DNA of 64,000 bases from Eledone cirrhosa (lineage: Eukaryota): positions 168,392,001 through 168,456,000 of the forward strand of contig OZ024740.1 in NCBI GenBank assembly GCA_964016885.1. The letters run 5' to 3'. The notes under the pieces were generated by a model. The model had not been told where the DNA came from, did not search any database, and saw only the letters and a program-made list of their open reading frames with translations. Shown here piece by piece: positions 12,076 through 24,434 of the stretch. A program made the translations under genes and the position numbers. Each line of letters begins with the position of its first letter. Position 1 is the first letter of the stretch.

Positions 12076-12519
12076 CATCCTATGATAAAATCATTGGCCA
12101 TTCATGGTAAACATGTAGGGGCCTTAAAAGGGCCCTTTTGTAATAAATTACAACAGCTTTTGACGGGCTGAAAAGTATTATATATAGCTGTTAAAGTTTC
12201 ATCTCACCAAATGCAGTCTTTAGATAAATAATAACCGCGGAATTTTATTTTAAAATACGCGATTTTTAAGGTGGACAGGAATAAAACCCTTCATTTTTTA
12301 TACATACTGCGATAATATATGAATGTATTTCCATATAACTACTTTATACTTGGTTTGTTTATATTTGTATAAACATACTTCACTTTACGATCAAGTTCTT
12401 CGGTAGCTTAGTCTAAAATTGCATACATCACAGCCCCCAAAGTTGTACCCTTTGAAACCGATAAAAACAAATTGGTTCCAAATATTTATTATAAATTACA
12501 ATATACCAAAATACAACTG

Positions 12520-14615
12520 TAGTGAGCATAGAAGTGCGCTATCAACCACGTCCTCGGATTGCGGATAGGGGGTAACCCATCAATATGGTGGTAAGCTGCG
12601 AAATTAAGCATCATCGGGTGCACGAATAAGCAGTTGTGGACAGCACAGCGGTAGGTCCCTCGGATGTGCCGATCTGGGGTCTAACAGTTTCTTGTTTATA
12701 AAATGGTGCAAATATCCTACCAGGGACATGTGTCAGGGCGAGTCAAGGTCGCCCAAAAAGCCCTAGGCTAAATGGCAACTCTCTATAGGTTGATTCCCAC
12801 TTACAGTCTCCACCAATTGGAAGTGGCTGGGCTAAAAAAAAACATTGCTACGAAAACAGTTCAAAGTACAACAAACCAAAAGCAACAGATGGAAAGTCGT
12901 CTCCACCTGGAAACAGTATGACAGTTGACAGAAAAATCCCTCTGAGGAGGCTGCCACTCCGAAAACTCGAATCCTGTCTGCAAAATCTTTCAAACTTATT
13001 GGATACTGGAATGTACGAACGATGTACCAATCATCCAAACTGATTCGTCATCAGGAAAATTGAGGCCTACAGTCTAAACATATTAGATCTCAGGTTGTCT
13101 GCCTTAGAAGTCCCTCTACCAGGGACTTCAGAATGGTGGGGAAAGCCCAAAGGAAGCAATGAAAACAGCTGGTGAAGAAATACTTGGGTACAATTAGCTC
13201 TTCAGGAAAACATGGATTAGTGACTACATATGACAACTAATTATGGGGAAAAAACCTCTACAGCAAAGAAACTAAGTAGAACAGTGATGACGACTACGGT
13301 GTTTTACAGAAATATGCTGGAAAAGACAAGAAAGTGAAATGCAGTGCTCAAAAAGACAATCATCTGTGGCGGGAGAGACAAGCTGAAGAAGCAGATGTCG
13401 TTTCTAAACAAAATGACATGCGTGTTGTATATCAGATTGACAAGAAGATCACTGGTACCTCAAAAAGCAGGTCAGGCCCGATCAAAGCACGGGGTGGAAC
13501 CCTGCTGTCCAAAGGTAAAGATAAACTTGCGAGGTGGTCGAGAACTTTAAGGAAGTACTAAACCTACCTGAGCCTGACACTTTGACAGTAACCGAAGAAC
13601 CCTCTCATCATCTCCAAATTAACACTGGCGACTTCTCGGGGGGGGGGGGAATATGGAAGGACATCAAAACCCTAAAAAGAAGTAAGTCACCAAGTATGGA
13701 TGGTATCACTACAGAAATGGTCAAAGGCAGAGGGGAATGCGTTAACACATGGATTTGTTAGTTATATAACCAGATCTGGAATACGGGTGAGATACCTGAG
13801 GACTGGAAGTACGTCCCCAAAATGGGTAATCTTACAGAATGTGACAACTGGAGGGGAGTAACACTTCTATCAGTACCAGGAAAGGTGTACTGGCAGGTTA
13901 TCATGAATCGAATGAAAGAGGCAGCCAATCATATCTTGCGTGTGCAAGAAGCTGGATTCCGACACAAACTCTCCTGTGCTGACCAAATATTTATCCTGTA
14001 ACGCATCAACGAGAAATACAATGAATTCCAAGTACCACTTGCCATCACCATTCATTGACTTTACTAAAGCATTTGACAGCTTACACAGACCATCCTCATA
14101 GACAATCATGCGAACATGGCATACCATCCACGGTTATTTCAGCCATTAATATACTGGTTCAAAATTATGTGTAAGAACTGAGGATGGCTATAGTAAGAGG
14201 ATTGAGGTCATCACAGGAGTCCGCCAAGAACTGGATTGTCAAAAGGGCCATCGACTGGATTCTCAAAAGGGCAACAGATGATAACTCTCAGACCTTGACT
14301 TTGCAAACGATATTGTGGTCATGGCCAAAAATACATCCGACTTGCAGTATCTGATGGATGAGATGTAACCAGCATCGGTCTCCACATCAGTGTCTAAAAG
14401 ACCAAGAACATCAGTCAGAAGGATGTGGAGGTCATGGACGACTTCAACTATCTCGGAAGCTCTATCAACAGAAGTGGGAACATGGTGAAAGACATTAATT
14501 GCAGAGTAGGCAAAACTTCGGCTGTCTTTAAGCAACTCAACAAGATCCGGTATAGCAAAACACTTTCGCTTAGTACCAAGGTGAGATTTTACACCAGCAG
14601 AATGCTTTCGACGCT
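12520..14615 (+). mobile_element. Old RTE-clade LINE relic with 5' UTR
   Basis: IGYWNVRTMY (APE start, about 12998), KSPSMDGITTEM, CDNWRGVTLL, DFTKAFDSLHR, LDFANDI and FNYLGS in broken frames. Confidence 0.8.
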
Positions 14616-15649
14616 CGGTATAAAATCACTATTTCTCTCAGAAAATATTTCAATGACACGAATTTCTAAATACAATCTCAGCAAAATGTTCGCACCCAAA
14701 TTTCCTTACACCAAAAATGTTCAGGTTCATGTAAGTGTAACAAAATTTGAATATCTTTTACACGCAATTAATACTTATCAAGGGAGATAATTATGTAAAC
14801 TCGATGAATTTAAGTTATCCTTTTTTATTCTATGCCAAACGTAAGTTATTTCCCTTTATAACTCACTTCAAGAACTCTTTCTGAAATGTCAGACCTCTTC
14901 TCTTCCTTTCAACAAATTAACATATTTTCACTATCTATTCTCATGTTATTACTATATTAATTGACTTGAGTCTGTATTCACCGGTTCAGTTTCTTTCACA
15001 ATATAGATCAATGATCACCAAACACTTCTTAGTCAACCGCCTGTTCTGAACAATATATATCATGTTTCCTATCGATTTGCGTATTACTACTACAGTAGAT
15101 TACACAAAACTACACAAGACTATAACAAAAAATAAATTTCAAAAGAGTAACAATAAAATCTTCCATCCCTTTTTAAATGCCATTATTCAAAATACATCCT
15201 TCATGTAATTTGAAATCCATTCGGTCAGGCTGGGAACTAAAATATATCAAATAACAGAAAACAAAATACAAATATATGACATAGGAAAGAAGTTTCCTCA
15301 ATGAGTTAAAAATAAGGGTGATCATTAACAGCTGTTTACATCATTTTTAGATGTATATCAGAGCAGTAGTTCCATAATTGATAGTTTCAGAAAAAGTGTT
15401 CTTTCTTGGGGTGGGACATTAGTCATTTCGAAACAGTGGAATAGATCCCTATAGAAGGGTGGTGACCAAATTTTTCACTGCCAATGATCCCATTTATTTC
15501 AAGGAATTTACTCTTCCTCTCCTACCCTGCTATTACTCTCCTCTTGGATTGCTACATTGGGAGAAAAACAACCAAAAGAGAAAAATATTTATATGTAGAG
15601 AAATATTTGGACCAGATTACGTCATGTCATACAACATGCTTTTGCTTAC

Positions 15650-17585
15650 CTACACCTGACACAACATACCTTGACTTACTACACCTGACACAATATACCT
15701 TGACTTACTACACTACACCTCACACAACATATCTTGACATACTACACTACACCTCACACAACATAACTTGACTTACTACACCTCACATATCATACCTTGA
15801 TAAACTAAATCTCACATAACTGGGTGGACTGGGTTTAAATATATTGGTTGCCAGGAGATAATTTTTACAATGAATAAATAATATTTTTTTTAAATACATA
15901 AGTGAAAAACAGTGCAATCAAATTTTTGCAGAAAAAAATGTATTTTTTTTACCAATTATAGTGTATATATACTGTATATATACTGGCAGTATACAGTAAT
16001 ACTAAATGTTAATACAGAATGTTATAATTGAATTTTTAAATAATTGTGAACGTATAGTATAGTTATTTAGAGTAGAGTATGCAAGTGATTGTTGTTACCT
16101 TCTCCAATAAAAAATATAAAGTACCTTGCAAAATATACACATCCAGAGACTTTCAATAATGACCTTTGGTCTTTCACATTCACTCAATACATATATCTGG
16201 GAGTGTGTGTATGTGTACATATATAGATTTATATATATGTATACATATAAAACCTCCCAGTCCACACTGTAAACGTGGTTGGTGTTAGGAAGGGCATCCA
16301 GCCGTAGAAAACCCGCCAGACAGTCTATACAAACAAGACAACCAATCTTGCCTCAAATGAAAAAATTCCCGTCCAAACCCATGCAAGCGTGGAAGATGGA
16401 CGTTAAACGATGATGATGATGATGATGATGACATACCTGTTTTCAACTTGTACAAAAATTATTTGGCCAGCAGCACACCCATGCGTGCGTGCAAGCATGA
16501 ATGTGACCAGTGATTCTAACTGTTAGCACTATCATATATTTTGGTTTCTGTTAATTCCCTAGGGAATTGTTTAACCAAATGCTTTGTTTATTTGTTTATC
16601 TATTTTTTAAAGATCCTTACTTTTTCTTTAAGACATTTTTTTAAAGATATTTTTTGAAAGCAAAGCATTGGCCCCTAAAATACTATGGTGGGCCCCAGCA
16701 ATGCTACCATGTACCCCCTGGGGCCCACTTGCCATAGGGCAGCCTGGCCAGTCAGCCACTGCACAAAACACACCCTGACTTACTACACCTCACACAATAC
16801 ACCTTGACTTTCTACACTACACTTCACACAACATACCTTGACTTACTACACCTCACATATCATACGTTGATTAACTACATCTCATACAGCTGGTGGCAGA
16901 TTGGGTCTAAAGATATTGGTTGCCAGGAGATAAAGGGGGCCCAACCACATATAGAATGCTATCATTTAATTTCTATAATGAATAACATTTTTAAAAAATA
17001 CATAAGTGAAAACAAAACAGTGCAATCAAATTTTTACAGGAAAAAATGTATGTTTTTTTACTAATTATAGTGTATATATACTGTATATATTACTGGCAGT
17101 ATACAATAATACTAAATGTTAATACAGGCTGTTATAATTGAATTTTTAAATAATTGTGAATGTATAGTATAGTTATTTAGAGTAGAGTATGCAAGTGATT
17201 GTTCTTAGCTTTTCCAATAAAATATTAAGTAGCTTGCAAAATATACACATCCAGAGACTTTCAATAATGACCTTTAGTCTTTCACACTCGCTCAATATAT
17301 ATATCTGGGAGTGTGTGTGTGTGTGTATGTGTACATGTGTATATATAGATTTATATGTATACATACATGTTTTCAACTTGTACAAAAATTATTTGGCCAG
17401 TAACCCATGTGTATGTGTAAGTATATATATATATATGAATTCTACAATATATATGAATATATATGAATTCTGGCAACCTGGCCAGTCAGCCTCTGCACAC
17501 AACACACCTTGACCTACTACACTACACCTCACACAACATAAATTCACTCACTACACTACACCTCACACAACATACCTTGACATAC
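15650..17585. repeat. Tandem duplication of a (CACACAACATACCTTGACTTACTA)-type minisatellite plus a hAT-like non-autonomous element
   Basis: 15650-16240 is highly similar to 16770-17400; terminal-like ends ...ggccagtcagccactg (16761) and ...ggccagtcagcctctg (17495) versus starts at about 15818 and 16888. Confidence 0.7.
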
Positions 17586-17833
17586 CTGGTGTTCTATAAA
17601 TTTACCGGGGTGTGGTATAATCTGGTTTGGTGTAGTGTAGGTTAGTGTGGTACCATGTGTTGTGTGGTATAGTGTGATTCTCAAAAGTAACCTCAAAGAT
17701 GCTGGCAGAAAAAAAAGAAAAAAAAATTGAGAAAGAAAATTGTTCACCCTGAGATCAATACCATAGTGTGATGTAGTATAGTGTAGTTTGGTATAGATTT
17801 ATAAGGAGTTTATATATATATATATATTTAAAA

Positions 17834-18242
17834 GCCAACCTTACCCAATTGCACCTCTCAAAGGTGATGACAGGACCGTGACCTCTGGCGTCATGCAGTA
17901 ATACAGAAGACCCGACTTCCCACGGGTACAAGCCAAAGCTGAAGCATATAGACAATATGCCCCTACCCCTCCCACTGCAAAGTGGTCGTGGAGGTGTCAA
18001 GACAAAAAAGCACCCAGCCCACACTGTAAAGTTGTTGTGCAGGCGCCACAGAAAAAAAGCACCCAGCATTCACTGTAAATGAGGTTGGTGTTAGGAAGGG
18101 CATTCAGCTGTAGAAATCAAGTTAGAATCAGTTCCCATATGAGCAAGACAAGGTCAGCCAATCGGGCACTGTCCACAACAAGACAACCTATCTAAGCCAT
18201 GCTAGCGTGAAAGAATGGACATAAAACGATGATGATGATGAT
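17834..18242 (+). mobile_element. RTE LINE 3' fragment (same family as 52890-56575)
   Basis: Matches 56167-56575; ends in ggacataaaacgatgatgat tail. Confidence 0.85.
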
Positions 18243-18535
18243 GGCGGTGTGGGTGTGTGTGTGTGTGAGTTTGAATATATAACTGGATAGGTAGGTAGAT
18301 AGAAAAATTTAAGCTGGAAATTTTGTTTTCCTTTGTTTTGCATGTGCTATCAACTAATCTGGCTTTGACGATACTTGCATTCGATTTTTTTTTAGCATAT
18401 TAACAACTAAAATGACTTCCACTCTATTAAAAAATGACTAGCTTTGTGAATAGTTTTTCCTCCCACTCTCCACCCTCATTTGTTCTAGAAAGCTAGTCAT
18501 TTTAAACAGGTTTCAAAGTCATATTCATTGATAAT

Positions 18536-18719
18536 TGTTTCTACTTTAGGCACAAGGCCAGCAATTACCCAGTGCATTACTGGTTCTTTATTTTATCGAC
18601 CCCGCAAGGATGAAAGGCAAAGTCAACCTCGGCGGGATTTGAACTCAGATCGTAAAGGGACGTAACTATGCTGGAAAGCATGGCGTCCGACCCTCTACCG
18701 ATACTGCCAATCCACCGCC
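18536..18719 (-). mobile_element. tRNA-derived SINE, family 1, with 16-bp TSD
   Basis: B box gagttcaaatccc and central ctttcatccttgcggggtcgataaaataaag on the minus strand; TSD catattcattgataat at 18520-18535 and 18720-18735. Confidence 0.9.
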
Positions 18720-21065
18720 CATATTCATTGATAATATGTGGGAAAAAATAGTCAATTGCAAGTATCTTAGAAGTCATATTGTGATAGCACACAAAAAAAA
18801 AATAGAAAACTTTTTTCAAATAGAAATCCTGGTGTTCTATGAATTTACCGGGGTGTGATATAATCTAGTTAGGGTAGTGTAGATTAGTGTGGTGTTGTCT
18901 GGTATAGTGTCATTCTCTCTAACTTAAAATCTTTAAAATGTAATGCCTACCCTCTCTAACTTAAAAAGTGACCTCAAAGATGCTGGCAGAAAAAAAAAAA
19001 TTGAGGAAGAAAATTGTTCTCACTGAGATCAATACCATAGTGTGATGTAGTATAGTTTTGGTATATATTTATAGGGAATTATATATATATAATTGGGTAG
19101 GTAGGTAGGTAGAACAATTTAAGCTGGAAAATTTGTTTTGCTTTGTTTTGCATAGGCTATCAACTAATCTGGCCTTGATAAAGCTTGCATTCAACTATTT
19201 TTTTAGCATATTAACCACTAATATGACTTCCACTCTAATCAAAAACAACTAGCTTTGTGAATAGTTTCTCCACCCACTCGCCACCCTCATTTCTCAACAA
19301 AGCTAGACATTTTCGACAGGTGACAATGTCCTATTCATTGATATGTGCAAAAAATAGTCAATTGGAGGCCAGATTGTGTGATAACACACACACAAAAAAA
19401 ATAAAAAACGTGGCAGAAAATTATACGCACTAACATCAAGGAGTAGGTGTTCTTCAAAAAATATTCCCATGGTGTGATGTAGTATGGTGTGGATTGCTTT
19501 GTTATAATGTGTTTCTACCTAATATAAGGACTTTTATTTAAATTGGAAAAAAATACCTTTTTTTTTCATCTATCAACTAATTTGACCTCCAAGTTGCTCA
19601 CAATCAAATATTTCTTTTACCATATCAACAACAAATATGATGTCCACTGCAATCAAAATCAACTTGCTTTGTGAATAGTTTTTCCTCCCACAAAGCTAGT
19701 CATTTTCAATAGGTTTCAAAGTCATATCTATTGATAATATGTGGGAAAAAATAGTCAATTGCAAGCATCTTGACAGTCATATTGTGTGATAGCACACACA
19801 AAAAAAAAATAGAAAAGAACTTTTCAAACAGAAATCCTGGTGTTCTATAAATTTACCAGGGTGTGGTATAATCTGGTTTGGTGTAGTGTAGGTTAGTGTG
19901 GTGCCATTGTGTTGTGTGGTACAGTGTGATTCTCTCTAATTTAAAATCTTTAATTTTTCCTTCCATTTTTTCATCTGCTATAAACTAATCTGAGCTCCAA
20001 GTTGCTCACAATCAAATATTTCTTTTAGCATATTACCAACAAATATATCTACTGTAATCAAAAATTATTAGCTTTGAGAATGATTTCCCGCCCACACTCC
20101 TCCCTCGTTTGTCTACAAAGCTAGTCGTTTTCCACAGGTTTCAACGTCATATTTATTGATAATATGTGGAAAAAAATAGTCAATTGCAAGCATCTTGGAA
20201 GTCATGTTATGTGATAACACAAAAAAGAATAGAAAAAACTTTTCAAATAGAAATCCTGGAGTTCTTTAATCTGGTTTGGTGTAGGGTAGCTTAGGTTGTT
20301 GTGTCATTGAGTTGTGTGATATAGTGTGATTCTCTCCAACTCAAAGGTGACCTCAAAAATGCTGGCAGAAACTTTTTTTTAAAGTTGAGAAAGAAAATTC
20401 TTCACACCAAGATCAATACCATAGTGTGATTTGAATACTATAGTGTAGTTTGGTATAGATATATAAGGAGTTTATATATATATATATATATATTGGAAAA
20501 TGTGTGAAATCCTTGGTACAGTTAGGTGTATTTGAAAAAATGGAAAAGAATGACTTCACTTGTAGTTTTAAACAATTTGATTTAATTTCATAATATGATT
20601 TCGTAGATCTAGTAAGTTCTTTGTTAACTTCGGTGGGAAGACTCCTAAAGATTCCTGGAGAACTTTCTTGAATTCGTTGGTGGCAATTGTCAAACTGAGA
20701 TCAGGTTGTGTTGTGATGTATGACTATATATAAGAAAGATTTGGATGTGTTGTTTCCTTGAGCAAGACACTTTATTTCACATTGCTCCAGTTTACTCAGC
20801 TGTAGAAATGAGATGATAGGACTGGGGTCCTTATCATTCCACTGCAAAGTGGTCGTGGAGGTGCTATGGCAAAAAAGCACCCAGCCCACACTGTAAAGTG
20901 GACATGTAGGTGCCACGGAGAAAAAGCACCCAGCACTCACTGTAAATGAGGTTGGTGTTAGGAAGGGCATCCAGCTGTAGAAATCAAGCCAGAATCAGTT
21001 ACCGTCCCACCCTTGCAAGCAGAGAAAAGCGGATGTAAAATGATGATGTATATATATGTATATAT

Positions 21066-21645
21066 ATGAAAGATGACAGCGGTATAAAAAAGTGCAGGGC
21101 AATAAAGATAGACGGTAGCCACGGAGTAGGCAGACCCAGAAAAACCTGGGACGACCTGATAAATTCCGACCTCACACACTTACACCTCTCCAAGACAATG
21201 TCACTGGACCGAGACCTTTGGCGGTACTCAGTAATAGAGAAGACCCGCCTTACCTAAATACAAAGTAAAACCTACTACAGTCAGTAGGCATCTCTAACAA
21301 AATACACCCCCGTCCCACCACCCCCACCCCATCCACACCGCCCCTTTCAATGTAAAGTTATGTTGGTGCCACAACATCCAGGCCGAAACAAATGAGATCG
21401 TGTAGGTGTCACGACAAAAAAAACACACAGTCCACGCTGTAATCAGGCCGTGTAGGCAACATGGTAAAAACCTCCCAGTCCCACACTGTAAATGTGGTTG
21501 GTGTTAGGAAGGGCATCCAGCTGTAGAAAACCCGCCAGACAGTCCTATGCGAGCAAGACAACCACTCTTGCCACAAGTGGGAAAACTCCCGTCCAAACCC
21601 ATGCAAGCGTGGAACATGGACGTTAAACGATGATGATGATGATGA
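21066..21645 (+). mobile_element. RTE LINE family B 3' fragment
   Basis: GRPRKTWDD C-terminus, long 3' UTR and (GAT)n tail; near-identical to 25308-26000 and 58275-58845. Confidence 0.9.
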
Positions 21646-21739
21646 TACATACATATATACATATATATATGTATATATACATACATATATACATATATAT
21701 GGATGTATATATATATACATATATTTATATATACATACC

Positions 21740-24430
21740 GCAATGACAAAGGATGGAGACATCATTATGCTAGCAGGAGACTTCAATGGTCATGTTGGAC
21801 AGCTCCAGGATGGTTACACTGGGGTACATGGTGGGCACGGTTACGGTTCAAGAAATGAAGAAGGAGTGAGACTTCTTGAATTTTGTGATGCGGGTACATT
21901 AACTGTTTGCAACACAAACTTCCAGAAACCTGCCAATCACCTAATAACCTACAAATCTGGTGAGCACATAAGCCAGATTGACTTCCTGCTAGTTAGGCAG
22001 CGGGACAGGCAGATAGTGTCTAATACCAAGGCATACCCTGGGGAAGAATGTACCCCACAGCATAGGTTAGTTGTTAGTGATATCTCAGTAAGCAAGAGAT
22101 GGAATGAGACATATAGGAAGGTGTGGAGAAGAAAGGTCTGGAAGCTAAAAGACCTTTCACTAAAATACAAATTTAGGAAAGCCCTTCAAGATGTATATGA
22201 CGAAAAAGAAGACGATTTAGAGACGTATGACATAGATAATAACTGGAATTTCTTACGTGACAACTTGCTGCAGGCTACTGATGAAACCTGTGGCTGGAGC
22301 AGAGCTCCAACCAGACAGAGAGTGACCTGGTGGTGGAACAGCACAGTAGATAAGGCTATTAGAGACAAAAGACTAGCATGGAAGGCTTGGAAAAAGGGTG
22401 GGAGTAGGGAAGAATATACAGCCACTAAGAGAGAAGCGAGACGTCAGGTGTACTTAGCACGCAGGGAGGCAGAGAGTAGGAGGTTTGCCAATATTCTGCG
22501 ACGGGAAGATCAGAGGTGTGCGGTGTTCCACATTGCAAGGCAGTGTGTCAATGCAAATCAGGATGTTGTTGGAGATAAATGTGTCCAGGATGATGCCGGT
22601 GTACTTAGTATCACGAATGATCAGAAAAAGGAGGCCTGGAAATGTCATTATGAGAGACTGATGAATGTGGAGAACGAATGGGAGAGAGAGAAATTACCCT
22701 TGGTAGATCCGACAGAGGGACCAGCTATTGAGATTGACGAATATAGAGTCCAAGAGGCAATTAGGGAAATGAAAAATGGTAAGGCTGCCAGACCATCGGG
22801 AATAGTTGCTGAGATGCTGAAGGCATCAGGGGACGTAGGCACTAAACTGGTTGCACGCATCATCAATCAGGCTATATATGGTGGTGTCATACCCAAAGAC
22901 TGGTGCAGCAGTATTCTCATAAATTGCTACAAAGGTAAAGGGGATGCTTTGGAGAGGAGCAATTATAGGGGTATAAAACTGATAGATCAGGTTATGAAAG
23001 TGGCAGAATGGATTTTAGCACAACTAATTAGAGAAAGGGTCAAACTAGATGAGATGCAGTTTGGTTTTGTGCCTGGGAAGCGTACAACAGATGCCCTCTT
23101 CTTGGTGAGACAATTGCAAGAGAGGTTCTTAGAGAAGAATAAGCCACTATACTTAGCCTTTGTTGACCTAGAGAAGGCCTTTGATAGGGTACCCCGATCT
23201 GTCATCTGGTGGTCCCTAAGGAAGCTAGTTGTTGAGGAATGGCTTGTGAGGACAGTGCAAACTTTGTACAGAGGTACTCTCAGTAAAGTCAGGGTAGGAA
23301 TGGAGTTTAGTGAGGAATTCCAGATACAAGTAGGAGTACATCAGGGTTCGGTCCTCAGCCCGCTCTTGTTCATTATAGTCCTCCAAGCCATAACAGAGGA
23401 GTTTAAGACTGGCTGTCCATGGGAACTTCTCTATGCTGATGATCTGGTTCTTATAGCAGAATCAGTAGAGGAGCTAAAGAATAAATTCTGGCTATGGAAA
23501 CAGCAGTTGGAAGCAAGAGGACTGAGAGTGAATCTAGCTAAGACAAAAGTGTTGATGAGTAGAAAAGAGGACAAAACCCTGATTCCGTCAGGGAAATGGC
23601 CATGTTCGATATGCAGAAAAGGAACTGGCATAAATTCTATAAAATGCACACAATGCAGATCCTGGGTACACAAGAGATGTAGCGGGATAGCAGGCAAACT
23701 AACAGGTCGGGAGAAATATGTATGCAGTAGATGTACAGGGAAATTAGACAGTAGAAGTCGCACTGATAGACACATTTTTCAAATGCAAGAGGGCGCTATA
23801 GAAGTGGTGGATAGCTTCCGGTACCTAGATCAGATTAGCATGGGAGGAGGGTGTTCCGAGGCCATAGTATCTAGAATAAGGACGGGTTGGAAGAAGTTTA
23901 GGGAGCTGCTTCCTCTGTTGATGAAGAAGGTTTTCTCCCTGCGTACGAAAGGCCAGTTGTATGATGCCTGTGTGAGGAGCGCGATGCTGCATGGTAGTGA
24001 GACATGGGCAGCAACTGCAGAGGATATGCGATGGCTGGAGAGAAATGAGGCAAGCATGCTCCGTTGGATGTGCAGTGTTAATGTGCGTGAACGACCCAGC
24101 ATAAATGTGTTGAGAGAGAAACTGTGTCTGAGAGGGATAGAATGTAGTGTACGGGAGAGGAGACTGAGGTGGTATGGACATGTGATGCGCATGGAGGATG
24201 ACCGATGGGTGAAGAAGTGCCAGGAATTGCCAGTTGAGGGAAGACGTAGTAGAGGTAGACCACAAAAAACATGGGCGGAGGTGGTGAGAACAGATCTCAG
24301 ATCATTGAAGCTCACGGTGGAGATGACGAGGGACCGTGACGAGTGGAGAGATGCTGTGCTGAATAAGACCCGTCGCACCCTTGCAAGCAGGGAAAAGCAG
24401 ACGTAAAATGATGATAATGATGATGATGAT
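21740..24430 (+). mobile_element. RTE LINE family A, 5'-truncated within APE, uninterrupted 887-aa ORF (21743-24406)
   Basis: AGDFNGHVG, SQIDF, DLEKAFDRVPR, GVHQGSVLSP, YADD, Cys/His finger, RLRWYGHV, GRP..TW; (GAT)n tail. Confidence 0.95.
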
Positions 24431-24434
24431 ATAC

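Larger units (their letters stand above)
17586..20480. repeat. Degenerate tandem array of a roughly 0.4-1 kb unit
   Basis: cctggtgttctataaatttacc...gtgtagtgtaggttagtgtgg recurs at about 17585, 18827, 19836 and 20255; caactaatct...gctttgtgaatagttt...aaaatagtcaattg recurs about 4 times. Confidence 0.8.
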
